From Schmidtea polychroa (Eukaryota), in the NCBI GenBank assembly GCA_044892525.1, contig CM097885.1, positions 15,874,001-15,938,000 on the forward strand: a DNA stretch of 64,000 nucleotides. The letters run 5' to 3'. Of this stretch, positions 23,409-34,964 are shown piece after piece (the stretch's first letter is position 1; every line of letters begins with the position of its first letter). The position numbers and the translations under genes are program-made. The notes under the pieces are model-generated. The model saw only the letters and a program-made list of their open reading frames with translations. It ran no database searches and was not told the origin of the DNA.

Positions 23409-24405
23409 TTTTTTATAATAAAAATTTAAAAAATGACAAAAAATCCAAACCTTGATGGCGCAGTGGGCTAGACTGACACAGTGGTTCAAAATGCTAGCGG
23501 TTCAAATCACATTTGAGGTTAGTTTTTTTTTCAACATAAAATAATATTAAAAATTTGAAAATAATATTGAAAATAGTGTGGGTATCTTATATTTATAAAG
23601 TACTTGTATATTTTATTTTATTTACTTTATTTTATTTTATTTTTTTATTAATTAATTATTTTTTAAACATAAATATGAAAAAAAAAATATTGAAACGGGT
23701 GTGGTGGCGAACCGGTAATTATCGCCACCAGTCTTTCGAACACACCCGGATCGATCCCATAATGTGCACATTTATTTCTCGGTTGTTTTCGGACCTCTTT
23801 CGGATTCGCTTTCGAATTCATTTGTACTTTCGAGCAGCACACTTAAAACGCCGATGAAATCGTATTCGAGCGAGAAGCGAATAATAAGGTGTGCTGCTAT
23901 TATCGAATTGATTCTGATTATGAGCCTGGCCAGCTTGTATATTGGAAGAGATTTGATAAACGAAAGAGGTTGAATAAAAAAAAAATGATCCAGATCAAAA
24001 AAACTGTTGAGAGGACAGTGAAAAAAAAAAAAATACCACTGTCCTCTCAGAGCAGTTTTACTATTTTCATAAAATTTTTTATTCTTCAAGACATCAAGAT
24101 TAAGATTTCATTTATTTTTTTTAATTAGCCAATTAGCAACTTGCTAGTTGGCATCCTCAAGTAGCCTTCTAACTTTTTCATAATACCATTTTCTTTTCTA
24201 TTCTCTTTATGGTTTTAGTTTGAAGCTTTTGAGTTTGAGGCTTTAAAGATTAAAACAGTTAGAGTCATTAAGGGTGGTTGTTTTCAAAATTTAGGGTTAA
24301 AATACTATAAAAGTATAAGTTTTAGGTTGTTTTTCTAAGCTTAAGTGATTTGGAGGCATGTTTTGTTGGGAGGGCTGTTTTGGTTGGGTATATAACCACA
24401 CTACT
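23409..24405 (-). repeat. Right terminal inverted repeat
   Basis: Mirror of 9472-10455; ends CACACTACT. Confidence 0.95.
23448..23531 (+). ncRNA. Candidate Pol III small RNA, right-TIR copy
   Basis: A box TGGCGCAGTGG 23456-23466, B box GGTTCAAATC 23499-23508, T9 at 23523-23531, terminal stem AACCTTGA/TTGAGGTT. Confidence 0.55.
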
Positions 24406-24505
24406 GCTGGAAGATCAAGAAGTGGAATTATTTTGACGGCTTATTTAATGAAACATTTTAAAGTTGGTCCAAACGATGCGATTGAGACAATTAAGGAAAA
24501 GTCAT
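24406..24505 (+). pseudogene. DUSP12-like copy 1, 3' remnant
   Basis: Resumes AGRSRSGIILTAYLMKHF identical to copy 2, then breaks off at 24505. Confidence 0.9.
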
Positions 24506-25318
24506 AGAATAGGAATAGAGCAAAATCGAGTCAATGAGAACGAGAATAATTATTCTGAATTTGTAAAAAGTAATACTGAACTATTAGACAAAGCTTTTGA
24601 TAAAGGAGACCAAGTTACAGCAGATGAGTTAGAAAATATTGTCAAAAGTCACAATCAAGAAGAAAATTTTGAAAGTAAATATGATGAAACTGAAGTAGAT
24701 GTGTCAGACAAGAATGAAAATTATAATAGTCATGTAGGCACAGAGGTTGTCGACATTAATGTTATCGAAAGACCGAATTCTTTGGTAGAAGATAATTTTC
24801 AAAACATGGAAGACGTAGTTAATGTTCAAACGGATTCTGCTTCTTCAGAAAATCATTTAGAAACTGATCGAATTATGCCAGATTCTGAGAGCAATGACAG
24901 TGATCTTAGAGTCGATATTGGTAAAGATCATACATCCGACACAGCTAAAGATTCTGAACAAAATACATTCACTCAACCAACGTCTGCTTTAGATGATATC
25001 ATTGAAGACTATTCACCTGGTTCCCCTTTATTAAATGAGATGCAACAGGGAAAAGTGGGGACTATTGAATTGGTGAAACATGCAGGAAGGATAATGGAGA
25101 TATTGCAGCGAAACAGAATGAAAAGTGGCAGGGGCTTGGTCGAGTATGGCGATGGTGGGAGGAGAATCCACCATGATGTATCCAGAAAGGTGCGTGGTGC
25201 GGCGGCCTATACCATAGCAAGATGGGTGTGTGAGGGGTATTGGAGAGAGGCAAAAGGAAAGGTTCCCCTGAAGTAATTGGGTGTTTGATCCGCTAGAAGG
25301 GATCAAGGAGGGGGGAAA
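24506..25318 (+). other. Acidic open frame followed by a polypurine tract; possible 3' end of an LTR element
   Basis: Stop-free to 25276, then AAGGAGGGGGGAAA immediately before TGTTTCG. Confidence 0.3.
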
Positions 25319-25442
25319 TGTTTCGACCAGTCAGAGGGGGATTGCCTCTGACTGGCATTTATTCGGTTTCTTTTTCTATCGCGTCTGTGTGCGCGGTCTG
25401 GTTAGACTGAATATTGTTGGTGTGCGCACACAGACGCGAGTA

Positions 25443-26160
25443 ATGGATTGTTGTTTGGAAGTAGGTTTTGATGTAATTTTTTATTGAATTGATTTTTGAT
25501 GTATTTTAATTAGAAATTCGAGATTTGAATGGATTGTTTTGTGGTTTAAAAAAGTTAAAATTCTGGAAGGGAGGAAACCAGTTTTGTTTATTGAAATAAG
25601 TTTTGGAATCGAAATGTTTGAAGAAGAAGATGTTGATTACAAATTTATTAAAGCTTATGATGTTCCAAACCAAGATCTTATTTCTTATTTCGATGAAACC
25701 CGTGAATTCATTGAAAATGGCAGAAAATTTGGTGGAGTATTGGTTCACTGTCTTGCTGGAAGATCAAGAAGTGGAATTATTTTGACGGCTTATTTAATGA
25801 AACATTTTAAAGTTGGTCCAAACGATGCGATTGAGACAATTAAGGAAAAGTCATTTATATGTCCAAATGATGGATTCATGAAACAATTAAAGATATATTT
25901 CAACATGAATATCAGTGATGAAATCAACAAATGCGCAAATACAGTTTCTCAAGCTCAATTTAAGTTATCAGCATCTTCAAAAGATTTAGTTCAATTCAAA
26001 TGTAGAAAGTGTCGATTTTTATTATTCGACAATTCAAGTGTTGTTGAGCACAGTAAAATGAAAGCTTCGAAAGCAATAAATGAAAGCACAATTTGCAATG
26101 AGGAAATACTTATCGAAGCTCTTCCTTGGAATGATAGCAGCAATGCAGACGGGGAAATGA
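25443..26160 (+). CDS. DUSP12: DUSP12/YVH1-like dual-specificity phosphatase copy 2; C-terminal Zn domain incomplete
   Basis: VLVHCLAGRSRS, AYLM, PNDGFMKQL, then FKCRKCRFLLF..EH..C..IEALPW. The later Cys clusters are not seen and the 5' structure is uncertain. Confidence 0.7.
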
Positions 26161-26212
26161 AAATGACAGTGTTAAAGAATAAAATATTAATGATTTATTT
26201 GGATCTTATTCA

Positions 26213-26420
<208 letters not shown>

Positions 26421-26699
26421 TAACAGTCTCATATTATATTTTAAACAATTTAAATATTATTTGGAATATTTTATAAGATACAATAATATGAGTTATTTCA
26501 TTTTATTCATATTTGTTTGTGTGCTAAATTTCATCTTTTTACAAAAACATTTTCTCAATAATAAACTATTGTTTAGATTATATTTTCATGTAGTAATATG
26601 AAAGCGAAACAATTTTTTATTTCTCTTTCATCTGTAACAATAAAGTTAATTTCGACCAAATTATATTAATTATTAATTAAAATTATTTTCTTCAATTTA

Positions 26700-27008
26700 T
26701 TTAATTTGTTCTTTCCATTTGCTATACTCATGGCCTCGATAATGTAAGTTGATGTGATAAAGCTGTATTTATCTTATTAAATTTGCATTCATTTAAACAA
26801 ACTACCTGATGAGACATAAATGGACAAAATCATTGTACTAAGTACTAGTCCAGCTTGCTGGAATGCTTTAGGCAATGCCAAAGCTCTAGAGCCAACGATG
26901 AGATTGAATACAAAGATGCATCCGGTCTGTAACAGAAAGAAAACTCTTCATAAAACCAAAAATAAATGATGCGTAACAAACCCATCTGGAATAAGTGGCT
27001 GTCGGCAT
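26700..27008 (-). pseudogene. TMEM104: TMEM104-like amino-acid-transporter-family 5' fragment
   Basis: Three short exons give MPTATYSRW|TGCIFVFNLIVGSRALALPKAFQQAG...|FITSTYIIEAMSIAN. Exon 2 has a frame inconsistency and the rest of the gene is not seen. Confidence 0.7.
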
Positions 27009-27110
27009 TTCAATTTATTTTTATTTCGAATATAATTCTAGTCTAAAAAATAAATTTTTGTAAAGTCTTCATTAATAAAATCCTGCTGATTTATATGAAC
27101 TTTCTCCGTT

Positions 27111-27350
27111 AAATTTGATGATTTAAACAAAACGGGTAATATAATGATTTAATAAAATTAATTATCTTTTAATAAATAAAATGCAATAATTTGATTAAAT
27201 AAAATTAGTTCTCTATTTCTATATATTTTCAAATTTGATGATTTAAACAAAACGGGTAATATAATGATTTAATAAAATTAATTATCTTTTAATAAATAAA
27301 ATGCAATAATTTGATTAAATAAAATTAGTTCTTTATTTCTATATATTTTC
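27111..27350. repeat. 120-bp tandem duplication (2 copies)
   Basis: 27111-27230 and 27231-27350 are nearly identical. Confidence 0.9.
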
Positions 27351-29062
27351 AATTATTTATGAAATTACATAAGTGTTAATTTATTAAATTAAATGGAAGT
27401 AAAAAATATTTTCTGTTTTAAATTAATTTTAAAATATTAAAAAAAAAGAAATCGAAAATTGTTAATCTGTTGTGGAGAAAATAAAATATTTTACGGATAA
27501 ATAAAATAGAATAATTAATAAAATAAAATAAGAAAAAATAAATTCTTCATTATTTTCGATATTTTTATTTTTACGATATATTAATTAATAATAAAAATAT
27601 TTTTTTTCAGTTTATAAAAATATATTTATTTTTGTAAGAACTTTTTCCAATTTCACCACTGATTATTTTTCCGTTGATTTTATTAAAAAGAGAGCTTGAA
27701 GACTATAAATCAGTAATATATCGATGTTTTTTGATATTCTCGAATTTTCGGCACTGTCTTTTTATGAATTTCTATATTATAGAATTAAAATCGTATTCTT
27801 TAACACATGGGAAGACAATGAACAAAAGCATAAGAAAAGTAAATTATGTAAATTAACAAAATATGCTTAGAAATATTTTGAAAAATATACTTTATTACAG
27901 AAAATTATTTTAATATCGGAAATCAACTGAATAGGAAATATACAGGAATATTTACAGAAAAACCCTCCAAACTCTAGAAAATTCGCAAATTAAATTTCCC
28001 AACTCAAAAAATTTCCCCAAATTTTTAAAGCTCCTAAAATTAATTTTCGCAAAAAATAACGTAATTTTATATATGGTAAAAATTAGCTTGTAAATTTTTT
28101 TTTAAAATATTACTTTATTATAGGAAAACAACCGTATAGGAAATATACAAGATTACTACAAGAAAAATTTTCCCAACTCAAATTTTATAATTTTTTTATG
28201 TAAAAATTTTTAAATATAGATTTCACCACAAAACATGTTGTGTACATTTATTAAAAAAATACAAAGAGCAAATAATTCAACAACAATTGAATTTCAATTG
28301 GTTAATACTAGAGAATTTCAGACTATTAATTCCAGAAAATATCTGAATGTGAATTAAATAAATATTTTTTGACTGTTCACGACAGCGTCAGACTTGCATT
28401 TTGCTGGTGTATTTTTGGGTTCAGCATTATGTTATGCGAGCTTAGGTTTCGGATTGAATTTTATTGGTTAACAAGGAAATATTATTCGACCTATCAATTT
28501 TATCGTCAATGGTAATAAATAAAAAAATTACGGCATTAATTTCTCCCAGAATGGTGTTCTTGTTCCCGTGTTGAGAAATAAAAATTGGATTAAAAAATAT
28601 AATTTACAAATTCAAATAAAATCAAATCAAAATCTGTAAATTCAAAACTAACAAATACAAATATATGATAACACAATATAAAAGAATATAAAATTTTTTC
28701 AATATTCCAGAATTTCCTAGACCAAGAGACATTTTTTGGACCAAACCTTATCAATCCGTATCAATTACAGTAATTGAAACAAAAACTTAATAATAAATTA
28801 AAATTTTATATAAATTATACAATTTTTAATTGAATAAATTAAAAAAACAATTTAAAAATAAAAATTATGAATAAAAAATATATAAAACACATCAAATCAA
28901 AATAGCCTAAAGGTACAAAATGTTTTTATAAAAAGTTTTTAAAAATAGTTTTTATATAGTAAATGGCGCCTATGGCAAACACCGATCTTGCGCCCCCTAC
29001 TTACTTTTTATTTTCTAAAAAACTAATTTAGAATTGGGTAAAAAAAGCACATAAGTTAAACC

Positions 29063-30153
29063 TACAGTTGGGTATTTTCCGAGAAAATCACATTCTCGAG
29101 ATTCGGGATTTCCCGAAGCAAATTCTATAGAATTCTCGAGAAGTCGAGAAAATTTAAAAAACCTATAAAAAATTCTAAAATCAATGTAAAATAAAGAAAT
29201 TCGAAAAAAATATGTTTTTTATTTAAGTAAGAAGTAGTAAACAATTAATTAAAGTAATTAAAGTCATAAACAAAACAGAAGTAAAACAAAAATAGTTCAA
29301 AACATTATTAAAATAGAATAGAGTATTAAAACAAAATTAATTCAAAAATATTATTTACTAAAATAAATTTCAGAAAACACAGACTGTCAATGGCTGCGTC
29401 TGCAATCGCGTACGCTTTTGCGAAACAAAAAAGTTGGCTTAATTGTATTAAAAGCCCAGATCAGTCTTTGAACATTTGTAGTTTTCTGTCCACTTTTTTC
29501 ATATATATTTAGTTCGTTTTTAAATATCGGAAAAAGTTCGTTTGACGCATGTTGCGCAATGTTTTCTTTTGGTTTTGAGCATTGCTGGACATAGTTTTCA
29601 AGTTGTTTCGCCATATCTTCTTCTTCAACGCTGTTGTTCACAATCACAGCATCATCGGCAGAATCAGAAACTGCTTGCTCTTCTTGAATGCTTGTAGAAA
29701 AAAGACGAAAGAGGTACGCTTTGGCAGATAAGAAAGATCTGCTAGTTTTCTTTTTAGGCTGGATAGAAACTCGTCGCATAATTCAGTGTGCTGATTCTCC
29801 AATTTTGTGAACAATAGTTTTAGAATAAAATTCGTTGCAAGTAAGTTCACATTTTGGCGGCTGAGAGCTTCGACAGCAACACGAATAAGTTTTAGAGCAT
29901 TAATGATATTCTCACAATGCTTTTCTTCTGCTACAGTAGTTGCCATAACCGTTAAATTGAGCGTGTCGAGTTCCTTACAAACGTGCTTGCTGATGCGAAT
30001 GAACCTCGTCAGCATCGATTGAAGGCTGTTCCAACGTGTCTTACAATCCAATAGCAAGATAAGCTCTTTCTGCAAAAGCTCTTTTTGCAAAGTTAAAACT
30101 CTTACTCTGACTCCAAGCGTGTCTTTGACTAACCCACATATACCACTTGACAA
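29063..30153 (-). mobile_element. Degenerate hAT transposon (3' part)
   Basis: LDCKTRWNS motif and C-terminal IDSLCFLK across frameshifts; TTCTCGAG subterminal repeats near 29063-29150. Confidence 0.8.
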
Positions 30154-30767
30154 CAGGAATCTTTATTGATGATCACAAATAATTTTCACTTTACTCTGAC
30201 AATCAATTCAACACTCCGCTCAGTGACTATACAATACTTATTGAAACACTCAGTGAAGAATAACACTCGAGTAAAACACCGGATTAAAAGATCCTTAACT
30301 ACTGATTGGTTTATCGCCTGGGGCTTTGAGTTGGTTGTTTTCTTTGAGATTCTTTGAATTTTTTTTATCATTATCTTTTCTTGTTTGTTTATTTATGATT
30401 CTTTCAGTTTGTTTCACGATTTTTTCTTCTTTCTGTTTTGTTTCTTGACATTTTGATTTTTGTGTCGCTTGTTTTTCTTACCAAAATTTAACCGTTAATT
30501 TTAAGGGCTAAAGGTCAGTGTCAATGTATACCTTGATGTAAATAAATAAATATTACAATATTTGTTTACTATTATCAAGATTTAACTACAAATGGATTAG
30601 CATGAATAATAATTTTTCAACTTCCTATAATTTCGTAAACATTATATTTATTAAAAAACTTGACCTATTGTGGATAACTCATGGTGCATGTGATGGTGGA
30701 TGTATAATAAATATTAATAATAAATATTAATGATTGTTTCAGCCGATTTTGGATGATTTTTTTTGTA

Positions 30768-30795
30768 TCGCGTCTGTGTGCGCACACAGACGCGA
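30768..30795. repeat. Perfect 28-bp GC-rich palindrome
   Basis: TCGCGTCTGTGTGCGCACACAGACGCGA. Related arms occur at 9131-9150, 25379-25439 and ~60505. Confidence 0.95.
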
Positions 30796-30971
30796 GTAAT
30801 AGGTAATTTATATTTTATATGTTATAAGTTATGTTTCTGTAGTAATAGATTTAAATCGATCTTTAATTTGTGGAATTTGGTTTTGATGGTTTGTTAATGG
30901 AAGAGCAGGAATCGTTTGTTTGAACTGGTAAATTGTGTAGAAATTTTGGATTTTTGTTTTTTAGTTGAAAC

Positions 30972-31664
30972 ATGGAAGAAAATGAAGGCCTGAAATGTCG
31001 TCTTCCAATGAGCAATATAGCGAAGATTATTTTCTCACCTGAAGGGAGATCATTCCAAGTCGAATATGCATTTAAGGCAATTGCATTAGATGGATTGCTT
31101 TCCGTTGGTATTCGAGGCAATAATGGTGGTGTAGTAGCTACACAAAGAAAAGTTCCAGATAAAATGATTGAGAAGAGTTCAGCTACAAGATTGTTTAATA
31201 TTACTGAAAGTACTGAATGGGTTATGACTGGTATGATCCCTGATTGTCGATCTCAAACATGTCGTGCACAAATGGAAGCAGATCGATTTAAATATAAAAA
31301 TGGATATGAAATGCCTTGTGACATAACATGTCGTTGTATCGCGGATATTAATCAGCTCTACACCCAATCGGCTGAGATGCGACCATTAGGTTTATCAATG
31401 ATAGCATTATCTTATGATATTGAAATGGATAAACCGTTATTATTCAAAACTGACTCCAGTGGCTTTGTAACTGGACATCGAGCTGTTGCAGTTGGTGGGA
31501 AGCAATTGGAGGCTAAAAGTTATTTGGAAAAGAAACTACGTAAAAATAGAGCGTGTGAAACTATCAAATACATAAAAATCTTTTTGACGTGTTTTAGACG
31601 AAAACAAATGATAATAATAACAAATAATAATATTAATAATAATGATAATAATAACAAAAAATAA
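30972..31664 (+). CDS. PSMA6: Proteasome alpha-6 (alpha1)-like, intronless, native C-terminus missing
   Basis: IFSPEGR.FQVEYAFKAI, TQRKVPDK, YTQSAEMRPLG, LEKKLRK; similarity stops at ~31545. Possibly a pseudogene. Confidence 0.8.
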   Translation: MEENEGLKCRLPMSNIAKIIFSPEGRSFQVEYAFKAIALDGLLSVGIRGNNGGVVATQRKVPDKMIEKSSATRLFNITESTEWVMTGMIPDCRSQTCRAQMEADRFKYKNGYEMPCDITCRCIADINQLYTQSAEMRPLGLSMIALSYDIEMDKPLLFKTDSSGFVTGHRAVAVGGKQLEAKSYLEKKLRKNRACETIKYIKIFLTCFRRKQMIIITNNNINNNDNNNKK

Positions 31665-31859
31665 ATAATAATAATAAGAATAATAATAATAATATAAAAC
31701 GAAGATTCCTTGCCAGTAGCATCGATTAAAAATAAAATAATTAATAAATAAAGTTCTAAGATTTCAGTGCAAATTTCATATTTAATAAAAAAATAAATGA
31801 GAATTTTCGACTATGAAATAATCTTATTTAATTGATTGAAAAATAAATAATAAAATTCC

Positions 31860-32680
31860 ACTACTGGTCAATGTAGGCAAGGTGATTGCTCGCCATATAT
31901 TCTCAGGAAATGGCCATAGTTTGCCTTTTGATGGACATGAAGGACATTTTGTATCCGGCTATTGCTGGAGGTAATATTTTATATGGATGACACGTGTCAG
32001 CTGCCTGAGAGCCACAGGAATATCCTAGAAGGCCACTATTAGCATAGAAAGGAACTTATTTACTCCTTCACTCACCAATGAGAATGAATAATAATTTAAC
32101 ATTATGCCATTTTCGCATCTAATGCTTTACTGATCCATCTCAGCCATGTAGAGGCGCCATTGAAAGCTTGGTCAGACCGCGTGCCAATACTCATGCTCAT
32201 TGCGGAAAATCCAGTCAAATCGCCTTCATTGCCCTCATAAACATTACACAAATGCACTCAGTCTGGGACACATTTCTCGCTATCCGTTCTGAGTAAGCAT
32301 CCGTTTGTACAGCTCCTTTCATGCATGCCATCTGATATGTCAGTGTGGGATCTTGTCTGTGTACAAGTTTCCACACCTTTAAATTGAGGATCTAGAAAGG
32401 ATAAAATCAAATTCCTAATAAGTCACGTCACAATGTATCAATGCGTTCGATGAAATAACAAAAAACAATGAAAGATGACCACGACTACTGTTGAATGACA
32501 TCAGAATGGTCCTGACAATTGCTCAATGGTGTCCATTAATTGGATTAATATTAAAAAATATAAAACAAATGTTTGATTTTTTGCTGAATCTGCTGTGACC
32601 GATTTCTGTGCCATATTTATGTACATCTATCAAAACATACACTCTCCAGGACATTCACTAGCACAGTGAACTACAATTTG
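31860..32680 (-). pseudogene. Degraded Cys-rich (EGF-like) coding relic, duplicated at ~61485-62690
   Basis: Higher-GC blocks with Cys-spaced translations (SCTNGCLLRTDSEKC; CASECPGEC) interrupted by stops. Confidence 0.3.
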
Positions 32681-33104
32681 ATAGAATCAATTTAATTAAG
32701 TGTCAATTAGGCATTGCATTGATCACAGATTTCATAAAATTATACAAATATTCGTTACAATTTAATTTTTTATTGTGTTAAATCTAATCCAATTTATCAA
32801 TATTGCTTTGTGCATTTGATGTTTTATCATTGCAACTATGTCACAATAAAATGTTATAAAATTATAATTTAAATAATTTTGTAATATTTAAAATAAATGA
32901 GAAAAAAATTAACATTAATAATATTTTGATTTGCGCTAAAAGTTAAAAAACAATATTTATAAAATGTTTGTTTATCTACATCAAAATACAAATTATAAAT
33001 ATTGAAATTGTCAACGTCAGAGGAAATAATTAATATAATAAGTATGATTTATGATTGTTGTAAAATGTTGAAATATTTTGATAATATTGTTAATTTTAGA
33101 TAAA

Positions 33105-34964
33105 ATGTTTGCAATCGTATGGGAAATGATGAAGAGGAATAAATTTGAATTTGATAATGAAATCAGCATTGAATTGATATGCAGAATTTGCAAGTGTTTA
33201 ATGATAAAAGCTTGCAATGCTCCTTGCGGTTGTCGCTTTTGTTCTGATTGCATTGAGCAATATTTGGATGGAAAAGATAAATTCTGTCCAGGAGCATCAA
33301 AACATTGTGGAAAGAAAATGATCAATTTCAAAAAAGATGTTTCTGAAGATCATGCAGCCAATTTAAGGATTTCAGAAGTGATAGTGAGATGCCCAATGCA
33401 AAATTGTCAATTCAAAGATGAATTAGAAGTGATGGAAAGCCACATGAGTACATGCACCAAGAACACTGATCAGATCAGTAATATATGCAATGAGATGCAA
33501 GCAATGAGAGATGAGAATGTGACATTGCGTAATGAAATTATCAATATCAATGTAAAATTTTATTTGTAATTAATTTTATTGATATTTGTGATTGTAGGTG
33601 AAACAGAGCAATATTGAAAGGAAAGAGGCGGAGAACAAAGGAGAAATAGAAGAATTGAATGAGGAAATGGTGGCATTGAAGAATGCGAACCGCTCATTGA
33701 GAATGGATATGGAGACAAATATTGGATCAATCAGTCAAGTTTGATTATTGGTTTGATTTACTATTGATTTGTTATTGACGCAAAGCAGGTCAGACAGCAA
33801 ATTGAGGCGATTGAATCAAAATGTCAACAGCAAATTGATGAGATGAGAGAGAAATGCGAACAGCGGCTGCAACAAGGGGATGAAAAGGTGATTTATTGAT
33901 TTATTGAAATATTTGATTTTGAGATTCAGTTGCAGCTTGAAATGGCGAAATGCGCCAATGATATACGGCAGAATGAATCAAAATATCAACATCAAATTGA
34001 TGAGTTGAAAGAGAAATGCGAGCAACGTTTGCAACAGGTCAGACTGCAAATTGAGGCGATTGAATCGCCTCAAATGAGAGAAATAATTCAATTGGCATTT
34101 TTAATTATTATCTTGATGCTCATGGCAGCTCAAATTCGGCAGAATGAAACAAAATGTCAACAGCAAATTGATGAGACGAAAGAGAAATACGAGCAGCAGT
34201 TGCAACAGGGGAATGAAAAGGTGATTTATTGATTTATTGAAATGTTTGAATTTGAGATTCAGTCGCAGCTTGAAATGGCGAAATATGTCAATGAAATTCG
34301 GCAGAATGAATCAAAATATCAACATCAAATTGATGAGATGAAAGAGAAATACGAGCAGCGGTTGCAACAGGGGAATGAAAAGGTGATTTATTGATTTATT
34401 GAAATGTTTGAATTTGAGATTCAGTCGCAGCTTGAAATGGCGAAAAGCGCCAATGAAATTCGGCAGATTGAAACAAAATTAGCAAATGAAAAATATATAA
34501 ATTATGGATTTTTTGAATGGCAAATCGATAAATTTTCACAAGAAAAGAGAAATGAAATTATTTACAGCGAGGCATTTTATTCCGGGCCAATCGGTTACAA
34601 AATGTGCTTGTGGGTGGGGACTAGTGGTGATTTGTTTGGGATTTTTAATTGGGTTAATGTTGGTTTCTGTTTGATGCGTGGGGCAAATGATGAGCAATTG
34701 GATTGGCCGTTCAATCAATCCGTGACAATCGATGTGATCGATCCAGAAAATGGCAACATTTATATGAGCAAGTTTATGAAATATTCAGATCGCCCTCTTG
34801 ATGCCGGATGGAGGAAACCGTCACAAGACAGAAATGATCCAATTGGCATTTATTATGAGTATTATGATGTCAGCTCAATCTATAAATTAGCAGCCAAAAG
34901 TGATAAATTGCTGCTCAGGTGCAGAATTGAAAAATTCTTACAAATTAAAAAAACAAATCAATAA
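33105..34964 (+). CDS. TRAF-like gene copy 2 (spliced)
   Basis: RING and MATH domains joined in frame by introns 33552-33597, 33739-33788, 33888-33929, 34221-34262 and 34383-34424. In-frame loss of the second Zn finger. Confidence 0.8.

Larger units (their letters stand above)
9472..24405. mobile_element. Full-length Polinton/Maverick (adintovirus-type) endogenous virus, 14,934 bp
   Basis: AGTAGT...ACTACT termini, ~1-kb TIRs and 6-bp TSD GCTGGA (9466-9471, 24406-24411). The empty site is seen in the paralog at 25755-25760. Contains pPolB, integrase, ATPase, protease, major and minor capsid genes. Confidence 0.97.

Noticed and set aside
23448..23531. Canonical tRNA gene
   Set aside because: A and B boxes are present, but the D stem has no partner and no anticodon arm or cloverleaf can be drawn.
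23830..23900. Hammerhead ribozyme in the TIR hairpin
   Set aside because: It has CCGATGA rather than CTGATGA and lacks a properly placed GAAA core.
23555..24128. Short overlapping ORFs in the TIRs (mirrored at 9776-10259)
   Set aside because: Mostly non-ATG starts and no recognisable motifs. One frame (DSDYEPGQLVYWKRF) looks protein-like but cannot be supported.
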